From NCBI GenBank assembly GCA_965219995.1, contig CBDCOX010000002.1, positions 3,744,001 through 3,808,000 on the forward strand: a stretch of DNA of 64,000 bases, given 5' to 3'. Both the position numbers and the translations under genes were made by a program. Every line of letters begins with the position of its first letter. The stretch's first letter is position 1. Below, one piece after another: positions 21,620 to 29,909 of this stretch. This stretch comes from Candidatus Latescibacterota bacterium (GTDB taxonomy: Bacteria > Latescibacterota > UBA2968 > GCA-2709665). The notes under the pieces were generated by a model that searched no databases, was not told the DNA's origin, and saw only the letters and a list, made by a program, of their open reading frames with translations.

Positions 21620-22155
21620 CTGGACCTCTCCCCCCGGCTCCTCAAAAGGAGCGGTCAGCTATCAGTTTACGGCGGTTAGCTAAAAGCGGAAGGCAAGAGC
21701 GAAAACCAAATTCAACGTCCACATCTCCCCAAATTCCCTGCCTACGGCGTGTTCCTTAAAAGCGGGGAGACGGAAGACGGGAGAGGGTAGAGGACCACAT
21801 CCCGCCCCAACACCGGGTGAAACGGAAGACGGGAGAGGGTAGAGATTACCTGCCTCGTGAGGTCTCGTATCGTGCCGAAGGCAAAAAAGTACAAAATAGC
21901 GGGCAAGGGCTTCTTCTCCCGTCTCACCTCTACCGTCTTACCGCCCTTTGGTGACCTCTCCCTCCGGCCCCTTAGACCTCTCTCCCCGGCCCTCTCTCCT
22001 AAAGGAAAGAGGGAGACAGGCCGGACGTCGACTCGCCGGTTTTCTATAGAGACTCTCATTGAAAGGAAATCGCCGTCCCGGAAAGTCTGCAAGTCCGGTA
22101 CATGCACCCGTTACCGTTCCCCCTTCCTTTAGGAAGGGGGCCAGGGGGTAGGTCC
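21620..22155. repeat. Composite intergenic repeat cluster (GAGACG element copy C, CCCTCTCC/GGAAGGGGG palindromes, segment shared with 47195-47225)
   Basis: ccccaaattccctgcctacggcgtgttcctt recurs at about 47195; ggaagggggccagggggNaggtc recurs at about 47499. Confidence 0.75.
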
Positions 22156-22210
22156 GGGAGACGGATGGGAAGTTGAGCTGGGGACCGGGCAAATTCAAAG
22201 GATAGTTAGA

Positions 22211-22510
22211 ATGTATAAAGACATCATCAGTTACGAGTTGGCTGAGAACATCTCGGAGGAACATCTACTGACGGTTGCACGTGAGGTCCTGGTGAACTGG
22301 ATGAGCAGACAGTCAGGTTTCCAAAAGTGGGAGATTCACCGGAATCGTGACGGAGATTATACCGATATCGTCTACTGGGAATCCGAGGGCGACGCGAAGA
22401 ACGCGCAAGCAGACATGGTCAATATCCCAAATGCCGCGGATTGGTATTCCTGCTATAAGGAAGGCTCAATTTCAAGCATGAATCTTGATCACGTCGCGAC
22501 GTTCGAATAG
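22211..22510 (+). CDS. Small dimeric alpha-beta barrel (ABM-like) protein
   Basis: 99 aa; Q.GF..W..Y.DIVYWES..DA pattern. Confidence 0.7.
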   Translation: MYKDIISYELAENISEEHLLTVAREVLVNWMSRQSGFQKWEIHRNRDGDYTDIVYWESEGDAKNAQADMVNIPNAADWYSCYKEGSISSMNLDHVATFE

Positions 22511-22596
22511 CATGGGTCTGCCAGGAAATCAACCCAAACTCCCTTGTCGGCGGCTTGATCGTTCCACCTATGATTCAATCCATTCAGGAGACGCTC

Positions 22597-23367
22597 ATGC
22601 TTTCGCAAGCGCAGTTGGCGCAATATGACCGGGACGGGTACGTGATGGTGTCGGGGCTGATTCCGGAAGAGACAATCGCAGGCGCGGAGGCGGCGATGTG
22701 GTCTGTCCTCGGCATGGACCGCGACGATCCTGCTTCGTGGTCTCCTCTACCGGGCGATGCAGATGGCGTAACGACGGTGGCCAGCCAGGGGGTGGTTGAA
22801 CATTTCGGGCTCAAGGACCCTGAGCTGCTGGCGTGTTGTACTCCTGCGTTTTACGAAGTGCAGAGCCAGCTTGCCCGCGAAAATGAAGATGCGTTTCACT
22901 GCCGGAGACCACAGCCCGAGGCGGTCTGGACGCGCAGCGTATTTCCGGTTTCAGGAAGCTGGAGTCACCACAGCGGGCATGCTGATGGCGTACATCGACC
23001 GTTCAGCATCTTTCCCGGATCATTCCGCGTCTCGTCGCTGACGTATCTCGATTCCGGTGTCGCGCAGGGTGGCGGAACGGCAGTCTGGCCGGGTTCGCAT
23101 CGTACGCTCAGAGATGGGGCGGTGCGGGATCCCGACAGGTTTCGCATGCTGCCGGATTTACAGAACCCAACGCAAAAGTTCGATCTGAGCGCGCCCATTG
23201 AGTTGACACCGTCCCGGGGCGACGTTCTGTTCTTCCACTATCTGCTGGTCCACGCCGGATCGCTCAATACCGGCAACAAACCGCGTTTCGCAATCCGATG
23301 GATGTGTACCTGCGACGCCTGCCGTATCTGGGAAAAGCACGGCAGGTGGAATATCTGGATGCCGTGA
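22597..23367 (+). CDS. PhyH-family dioxygenase
   Basis: GHADG..GGGTAVWPGSH..GDVLFFHYLLVHAG..R; AGGAG RBS. Confidence 0.88.
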   Translation: MLSQAQLAQYDRDGYVMVSGLIPEETIAGAEAAMWSVLGMDRDDPASWSPLPGDADGVTTVASQGVVEHFGLKDPELLACCTPAFYEVQSQLARENEDAFHCRRPQPEAVWTRSVFPVSGSWSHHSGHADGVHRPFSIFPGSFRVSSLTYLDSGVAQGGGTAVWPGSHRTLRDGAVRDPDRFRMLPDLQNPTQKFDLSAPIELTPSRGDVLFFHYLLVHAGSLNTGNKPRFAIRWMCTCDACRIWEKHGRWNIWMP

Positions 23368-23597
23368 AGTAGATTGGCAACGCGCTGTGGCGATCCGGGG
23401 CATTTCGACAAGCTCAGAGTCCACATTTTCGCTTTCGTTCAGTAACCCTATTCCTCGGTCGATCTATCCGACACATTTGCACGAATTGAAAATGGACTGA
23501 TCGCATATTTCCGTAGGGCTCACCCTGCATTTCTACTATCAATACATCACAATAGACACAACCCGGTCAATGATACGTCGACCTTGCTCTGAGAAAT

Positions 23598-23626
23598 AGC
23601 GCTCTGCAATTGCACAGAGCGCTTTT
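23598..23626. terminator. Hairpin downstream of the island operon
   Basis: AGCGCTCTG-caattgca-CAGAGCGCT with short T runs on both strands. Confidence 0.45.
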
Positions 23627-23770
23627 CGAAAACCGACTCATTAAAGGGCGGGAAAGCCCGTTTGGGTCTTTGGTTACCCGTCGTGTAGTCCAGCGAATTG
23701 GGCTTCAGGTTATACGCTACCAGCTGGAACCTCAGCCCGAAAGTTCTTGTACTTTTCCAATACGCCGGCA

Positions 23771-24796
23771 TTACGTCGTGCGCCGTCCAAGTAGGATCTG
23801 CTCGACTTGATCCTCGTCAAGGAAATCCAACGCATTACGTAAACCAGAATCGTTCTGTCCCGGTGGTTGTGCCGGTAATAGTTCAAACCACGGTTCTTTA
23901 TAATCCTCCCTAACTTGCAATAATGGAGACCTGAGCAAGGGCAATGCCGATTGAGGACCAGATAACATATGGGAGGGAGCTATATCATAAGCAAAGTGCA
24001 GCATAGGAATCTTGTTTGCACCATTGTACAAAACAGTTGGCCTTGCTGACACACATACATCCGAGTTACCTGCGGCTATAGCAATCATGTAACCCAATGT
24101 GCCGTGAACCAGTCTTGCCGCCTCTTCGGCTTGAGATTCCGCACTATCCAACAAAAAGCTGATCGTTTCGCTGGTCTCGGCATCCGCCACTTCCTTTGAA
24201 GCAGTCAAGAATTGCCGCATTTGTTTCCTATCACGAGGCCCAAAGAGCTTGGACTCAACCGTGAGCATTAGAAGCCAAGGCTGCCATGCATCTTGACGAT
24301 CAGTAGCGAATAGACGCCTTATCGCATTAGCTCTTTTTTTGACTACGCGACCGCCGCGATCATATGGCAGGAATTTTCCAAAATAGTCAAGGTATAAGAC
24401 GTCAAAATCCCATATGTAACCAAATCCCTGACGGTACGTAGTTGAGACAAATTCCGATTTTGGTTTTCCACCCTTATTCTTTAAGATCACCGTGTCGACA
24501 TCTCCCAAATGGGCTCGATATCGAATAGTACCAAACTGTGTACTTAATATATGGTTCACCTTCTGAAATCGTTCGGCACAGAATTCTACAGCAGCAACGT
24601 AATCGCAAAGGCCCCCCCAGCAGCGTAAATCCAGGGCTTCCTCACCAGGCAAGCCAAAATACCTGATTCTTCCCTTTTTTCTTCGAGCCACCGCCCTGAC
24701 CAACGGAAGGTCATACTTTTCTCTAACCAAATTTTTCTCTTCGCTTGAGTAATAGTTCATATTCGACTGACCGCGCCCTCGCGCCATTGCATCCAC
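23771..24796 (-). CDS. Hypothetical Rossmann methyltransferase-fold protein (Trm1/TcmP-like motif IV)
   Basis: YFGLPG..D, VAAVE, GDVD and FDVLYLDYFG in class I MTase motif order; starts 3 nt after the upstream stop. Confidence 0.6.
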   Translation of the reverse strand: MDAMARGRGQSNMNYYSSEEKNLVREKYDLPLVRAVARRKKGRIRYFGLPGEEALDLRCWGGLCDYVAAVEFCAERFQKVNHILSTQFGTIRYRAHLGDVDTVILKNKGGKPKSEFVSTTYRQGFGYIWDFDVLYLDYFGKFLPYDRGGRVVKKRANAIRRLFATDRQDAWQPWLLMLTVESKLFGPRDRKQMRQFLTASKEVADAETSETISFLLDSAESQAEEAARLVHGTLGYMIAIAAGNSDVCVSARPTVLYNGANKIPMLHFAYDIAPSHMLSGPQSALPLLRSPLLQVREDYKEPWFELLPAQPPGQNDSGLRNALDFLDEDQVEQILLGRRTT

Positions 24797-24799
24797 TAA

Positions 24800-26662
24800 C
24801 TAACTTCCTATTTCCTCGGCAATTGCTTCAACTACTGCTCTTAGAACCGTTTCATATCTCTCTCCCCTCCCGCCCAGCCCAACAACTAGCCCTCGGTCAA
24901 TTGCGCTTATAAGACATTCCTGTTGTTTGCCTTCTAATGTAATTCCTTGCTGTGCCAACGCCTCTCCTAGTGACACTGGTGCCAAGGGTGACCAACCGAG
25001 AAGGGCTCTCAACTGTCTGCGAGAGGACTCTAATTCGGGACCAAGGTCGACGCCTGTTGCCTTGAGTTCGTCAAGGACTCCTATTGCTCTCGTAACTGAC
25101 CTAGTATTGATGGAAGATACCAAAGCCTCAGCCGCTTTCTTATATCGAACATCACCTGTCTCGTCCGCTATCCCGAGTGCAGCGCTCAATGCGTTTTTTA
25201 ATAACATCTCCTGGGGCGGAGGTTGGGTAGCTTTGCGTCGTTTTCGTTCTGCACTCCTTTCAGCTGCCCTAGCGACACCTCCCAATTGGCTTATTGCCGA
25301 TTGAAGTCGCTCGACTACATTGTCCAAAAGACCCTGTTGTACATCATCAAATTGGACTCGCGGGCGCCCGCGTGGTTTTCGCTTATGGGTCGCAATCTGT
25401 TGATGCACGTTCTCGAGATTTTTGCGATAGTTCTCGCTGTTCCTATAGACCTCGAAGCTGTTTGAGTTTGGTGCAACCTCTAGTTTGCGTAATTGTTCGA
25501 TGGTGTCATCGATTCCCTCAAGTAGCCGATCTGCCCTCATCATCGCCTGCATAGCTCGAGCCTTGTGACTAAGAGGATAAAAGAAATCTTCAGCTTGCTT
25601 TGCGAAAAGTTGACGGGCTGGGCTGGATTCTAGATCATTCCGCGCAGCATTAGGATAGATCTGATCTGTTGCCAATATGTGAACTTCCCCTGTATAGTGA
25701 TGGTATAGAGTCCCCCCTCCAACGGCGGGCCAAAGCCCTTTGAGCGCAAGCCTATCCCCTAAAGTGAACCCCTTTACCTTCAATAGGAAGCCGCTTACTT
25801 CTGAACCCTCATTCATGGGTAGCTGTCTTCCATTGGTAGACAGTGCGTACCACACGAAAGCCAATGCTGTGCCGTCTGGTGCTTTTATCCAATCAGCTTC
25901 GGGGCTGTATACTCCAGACGCGACTGGAGGAAAAACCTCGACTTCACTTTCGTCAGCGATTCGAAGAGTAATCCGAACTGGATTTAGCTTAACGTACTCT
26001 TCAAGCCATCCATTGACCTTTTCGCCAAAGCCATCTTCTGGGAAAGCCACAGGAATCGTATTTAGAAGATATTCGTTGACCTCTGCTGCATTGTTGAGTT
26101 GCGCTCGGTATTCGTCGCCCAATCCATCTAACTCCACCACCGTAAAGTGCTCGTCCACATCGCCATAGTAAGGTTCAACGAACAACTCACTATATTGGTA
26201 CATTAGATCTGGAAGTCCAACACCTTGACGGGAATCAGAAGCTTTGTCGGCTTCAAGCAAGCGGCGCATTTCGCCAAATTGAAAGGTCCAGCCAACAAGG
26301 TTTTCCATCCCGCCTTGCTTGCTAGTGATCGTCATCTCTTCACATATGCCGAACCCCGAATAGATGCCAATGCCGCGATATCCGACCATTTCTCTAGGGC
26401 TTTTTTCAGACATTCCAAATCGCCGAGCGACCCGGACCCCCTCTTCATTCATGCCATGACCATCATCTCTGATCACAGCGTGGGAGCCATCGACTGTAAT
26501 GAAAATGTGCTCAGCTTCCGCATCCACTCCGTTCTGGACGTACTCCCTTAGTGCATCTTTCGCATCGGAGTACAAGCCTCGTGAAAGGATGTCCAATAGC
26601 TCCCCGCCTACCTCCCAACTCTCTAGCTGAACTCGCCGCGTGTGGCGTTCACTCTGATTCAT
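24800..26662 (-). CDS. MORC/GHKL-type ATPase with helical C-terminus
   Basis: LY..ALREYVQNGVDA, DDGHGM, GYRGIG; PNAAR in the S5-like region; helical/coiled-coil-like tail. ORF is open to 26683. Confidence 0.88.
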   Translation of the reverse strand: MNQSERHTRRVQLESWEVGGELLDILSRGLYSDAKDALREYVQNGVDAEAEHIFITVDGSHAVIRDDGHGMNEEGVRVARRFGMSEKSPREMVGYRGIGIYSGFGICEEMTITSKQGGMENLVGWTFQFGEMRRLLEADKASDSRQGVGLPDLMYQYSELFVEPYYGDVDEHFTVVELDGLGDEYRAQLNNAAEVNEYLLNTIPVAFPEDGFGEKVNGWLEEYVKLNPVRITLRIADESEVEVFPPVASGVYSPEADWIKAPDGTALAFVWYALSTNGRQLPMNEGSEVSGFLLKVKGFTLGDRLALKGLWPAVGGGTLYHHYTGEVHILATDQIYPNAARNDLESSPARQLFAKQAEDFFYPLSHKARAMQAMMRADRLLEGIDDTIEQLRKLEVAPNSNSFEVYRNSENYRKNLENVHQQIATHKRKPRGRPRVQFDDVQQGLLDNVVERLQSAISQLGGVARAAERSAERKRRKATQPPPQEMLLKNALSAALGIADETGDVRYKKAAEALVSSINTRSVTRAIGVLDELKATGVDLGPELESSRRQLRALLGWSPLAPVSLGEALAQQGITLEGKQQECLISAIDRGLVVGLGGRGERYETVLRAVVEAIAEEIGS

Positions 26663-26751
26663 ATGGGCAGGCCTCTGTAGCAATTAGAATTCAGGAACAT
26701 CGGATGAAGTTTTCTGACCAACTTTTGAATTGTCGAATACAGAGTCGCAGA

Positions 26752-26757
26752 ATTATA
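26752..26757 (-). promoter_or_regulatory. Possible -10 box for the second ATPase/MTase pair
   Basis: Perfect TATAAT about 90 nt upstream of ATG 26662; no convincing -35. Confidence 0.3.
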
Positions 26758-27001
26758 GAAATCGTAATGCAAAATGGCGAATTCAAAGATTGAGACATCA
26801 AAGCCGCGGTTCAGTTCATCTCGGAACTGCCGTCACGACAGAAAAATCCAAGAATATACCGTTTCGTCTACCAATTAAGCTCACTGAGCATTTCCCGTTC
26901 AGGCGAAGGCAGAATCTATCGCAAAGAGAAGAAACCATTGTTTACTTCGATTGGACGATAAAGCCCAGCAGACCGAGCTCTATCCGCCACAGGTCGAACG
27001 A

Positions 27002-28585
27002 TCAGCGACTTGAGGCGGCCACTGTGTTCGGTTGCATCGCGTTGTACACTTCTCTGAACGCCCGCGCAACACGCCCACTTCCACCAAGATTGAAGCTGAC
27101 GTTGCGAACTTTCGCATTCAATCGCCACATCAGCCCCTCAATAGAGTTGTAGTCGTGAACCGAAAGTGCCGTGTACTTGCGGCGATTGTAGTCGAGGAAC
27201 GGAAGCAACTTGCCGTTTAGATGGTGCAGATCGAAGCCTTTGTCTTCGATGTATGGTCGGTATTGCTCGAACAGTGGTGTACTTGGCACCGGTGTGAACA
27301 GCATCGGAATCACGGAGCCGACACGGCTAGAGGCAAATGTGATTGTGTCGTACACAGCTTGCAGGTCTTCGTCTGGTAGGCCGAAGAGGATAAAGCAGTT
27401 GATGTCTTGGCAACGCGACTTGAATCCGGCCTTCTCAGCATTTTTCAACGCGTAGAAAAACTTGCCCATGTTTGTGTGAGTCCGTTGCCACGATTTGGCC
27501 ATGTTGGCGTTGACAGTTTCGAGCGGTAAATACAACCTCCTAAAGCCAGCGTCACGCATCAGTTGGACGGTGTCTTCGTGCAGCAGGCGGACTTCGATAC
27601 CCTCCGGTGCGTGCAGTTTGATCCCTTTCAAATCGCGATCGTTGCTAATGAGCCGGCAAAGCTGCTTGAAATTCTCTCTACCGAGCAGCAGGTTGTCTTC
27701 GTAAAAACAGAATTCGCGAATTCCTTGTTCAAACCGCCGTTTGATCTCGTCGTACGCGACTTCGGATTCCCGAACCCAGATCTTTCGGCCTTCGTTCAAT
27801 ACGTTGGCCGAACAGTAAGAACATTTGAAGGGGCAGCCTCGACTCGTCGTCATGATGAGGTAATCGGGCAATCTCTCACCTTCTTCTCCTTCTTCTTCGT
27901 CGCCCGCGCCGTCTTTTTCGTACAACTCAATGGCAAGTGGGAGTGGATTCGCATCGGGAATCGTCGCCGATACTACGATGTCACGTCTCTTCTGCTCGGC
28001 ATTGAGGGGATCAAGCTCGCGACCCATTAAATGCACGGGGTTATTCAATCCAAGGTTCTGCATCGCATGTTCGGGAATAAGTGTGGGATAGATTCCACCA
28101 ACACGGAAAACGGCCCTTGGAAACACCTGCCGACAGACTTCAATGACGTCACGGGTACTTTCCCACCAGTACGTCATGATCGACGATATCCAGATTTCAT
28201 CTGGCTCTGGAAAGGCTACTTCGTCGAATAGCGATTCACGTGCATACCTAGCTCGCGCCTTGATTGCTTCGAGCCGTTTTCGCAGTTCCTCGAGCGACAT
28301 GCCGAAAACGTATTCGATCTTTTCGTCGGGCTGCGATTCGTAATTGGTCCATTTATCCGGGGTGAAGGGTTCGTCTGCGGAACAGAGTTTTCGTACGCAG
28401 CGCTTTCGCTTTGGCACGGTTCGCCGCTTGTTGGCCTCCATGCAGTCAATCAGCTTCAGCATGTAGCCCTTGCTCTGAAGCCACGACGCAACGCGCAACA
28501 GCCCATAGGGCATACTCCAGTTTGCCCAATACTGTACGTCGTAGACAGGCGGGCTAATCAATAACGCTGAGGGGGAACGCTTCAA
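27002..28585 (-). CDS. Cobalamin-binding radical SAM protein (intact CxxxCxxC)
   Basis: ALLISPP..PYGLL.VASWL..LIDC, VGGIYPTL, TSRGCPFKCSYC, FYEDN, LFGLP. Probable TTG start at 28585 after GGGAGG; overlaps the upstream gene. Confidence 0.9.
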   Translation of the reverse strand: MKRSPSALLISPPVYDVQYWANWSMPYGLLRVASWLQSKGYMLKLIDCMEANKRRTVPKRKRCVRKLCSADEPFTPDKWTNYESQPDEKIEYVFGMSLEELRKRLEAIKARARYARESLFDEVAFPEPDEIWISSIMTYWWESTRDVIEVCRQVFPRAVFRVGGIYPTLIPEHAMQNLGLNNPVHLMGRELDPLNAEQKRRDIVVSATIPDANPLPLAIELYEKDGAGDEEEGEEGERLPDYLIMTTSRGCPFKCSYCSANVLNEGRKIWVRESEVAYDEIKRRFEQGIREFCFYEDNLLLGRENFKQLCRLISNDRDLKGIKLHAPEGIEVRLLHEDTVQLMRDAGFRRLYLPLETVNANMAKSWQRTHTNMGKFFYALKNAEKAGFKSRCQDINCFILFGLPDEDLQAVYDTITFASSRVGSVIPMLFTPVPSTPLFEQYRPYIEDKGFDLHHLNGKLLPFLDYNRRKYTALSVHDYNSIEGLMWRLNAKVRNVSFNLGGSGRVARAFREVYNAMQPNTVAASSR

Positions 28586-29909
28586 GATCCCAGACCTCCC
28601 TACGTAAACTGTTTCGCAGCAACTCGGCACCCATACTTCCATTCAAAAAATCGAATGACCGGCTGCGGACTTTCTCGTTGAGGAACGCCGCCATCCTGTA
28701 AAGGTCATGGTACTCGTATCGGGTGATTCCGTTATGCTCGGCGAACGGAAATCTGTGAGGGGACAGATCAGCGTACGAAAGATCGTCAAGATACTCCTTA
28801 TGTTGTTCGTACAGTTCTGTTCCCGGCGTTGCGGTGTATGGCTTGAGGATGACACTTCCAAACGTCCTGAGAACGGTGAAACAACGATGGACGATCCCTT
28901 CCAGGGTTTCGCCAGGGCGCCCAATCCATACGAATCCGCAAGTCCTGTTTCCGTCCGCAACATCAATCCCCGCTTCCAGTAGGTGGGCTCTACACTGCTT
29001 GTATACGACCTCGTCTAGATCCAATTCCTCCTCGGACTGCTCAAAGTGAAGCTCCGCGAACGTACGATCTGCGAACATCCTCGCTAAGTCTGGTGTGACC
29101 CGTTCGGGATGCAGCCCTGACACCGCATGAAACTGCAGATGTGGGTGGAGTCCCTTCGTACTCTCGACGATCTCTCGAAGTAGCTTGCCCTTGTCGCGAC
29201 AAATGTCGTCCTCGGCATCAAACACGGCAACGCGAAATATTCCAAGATCGATTGCTTCCCTAATCGTGGGAATGGCCGTAGCTGGATTGAGAGTAATCGA
29301 AACGAACGACGGTTTTTCGCCTTTGTAGAGCTTCAGTGATGATCCATTGTCGGCATGCCTAAGTGGCGTCCTGACGAACAAGTCGGCATCACAAAAGTCT
29401 ACTGCGTTGTCCAGCATAAATCGTGGGTAATTGCCCAGTACCGCCAGTTTCGCGTCTGGAAGCCAAAGGCGTAGCTTCGTGCATAATTGGTGAATGCTGG
29501 CGAACCAATAGCTGCACAGCGAAGTAATCCACACTTGAGTTGGCTCGTTTCGCTCGCCTTCAGCACGTCGCTCGACGACCCAATCCTTGAGTGCGTCGAA
29601 TGGTTTTCCGAATCTCCACATTGGATATTTGTAAGCAAATTGACCATTGCCGACTTGCTTGTATCTCTCTCGCCCGTTCAACGCTTTTTTTTGTACGCGG
29701 CCTTTGTTGTTCGGCACCATGAAGTCAAACAGCTCAACTCCACATCCCTTGCTGTTGTTGAGATACGCCCCAATTCCGAGTAGGTCCAATGGTTGATTCC
29801 ACTGCAGCCAGCTATAGCGTGTCTCGAACACTGGCGGGTTTACCAGCAGTATCCTGTCGCGCTCTTCGACTTGGTTCAGTAGTATTTGTCCTGTGACAGA
29901 ATTAGTCAT
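28554..29909 (-). CDS. Cobalamin-binding radical-SAM paralog lacking the CxxxCxxC motif
   Basis: ILLVNPP..PLDLL.IGAYL..LFD, VWITSLCSYWF, IGRPGET, TPGTELY; collinear with the neighbour but the cluster-binding loop is absent. Confidence 0.8.
   Translation of the reverse strand: MTNSVTGQILLNQVEERDRILLVNPPVFETRYSWLQWNQPLDLLGIGAYLNNSKGCGVELFDFMVPNNKGRVQKKALNGRERYKQVGNGQFAYKYPMWRFGKPFDALKDWVVERRAEGERNEPTQVWITSLCSYWFASIHQLCTKLRLWLPDAKLAVLGNYPRFMLDNAVDFCDADLFVRTPLRHADNGSSLKLYKGEKPSFVSITLNPATAIPTIREAIDLGIFRVAVFDAEDDICRDKGKLLREIVESTKGLHPHLQFHAVSGLHPERVTPDLARMFADRTFAELHFEQSEEELDLDEVVYKQCRAHLLEAGIDVADGNRTCGFVWIGRPGETLEGIVHRCFTVLRTFGSVILKPYTATPGTELYEQHKEYLDDLSYADLSPHRFPFAEHNGITRYEYHDLYRMAAFLNEKVRSRSFDFLNGSMGAELLRNSLRREVWDLEAFPLSVID

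Noticed and set aside
26730-27152. Plus-strand ORF in the island gap as a regulator or antitoxin
   Set aside because: TTG start, overlaps the radical SAM gene antisense, and has no recognisable motif.
27002-29909. RiPP or natural-product cluster explanation for the radical SAM pair
   Set aside because: No precursor peptide, protease, PKS/NRPS or exporter nearby and flanked by MORC-type ATPases; disfavoured but not excluded.
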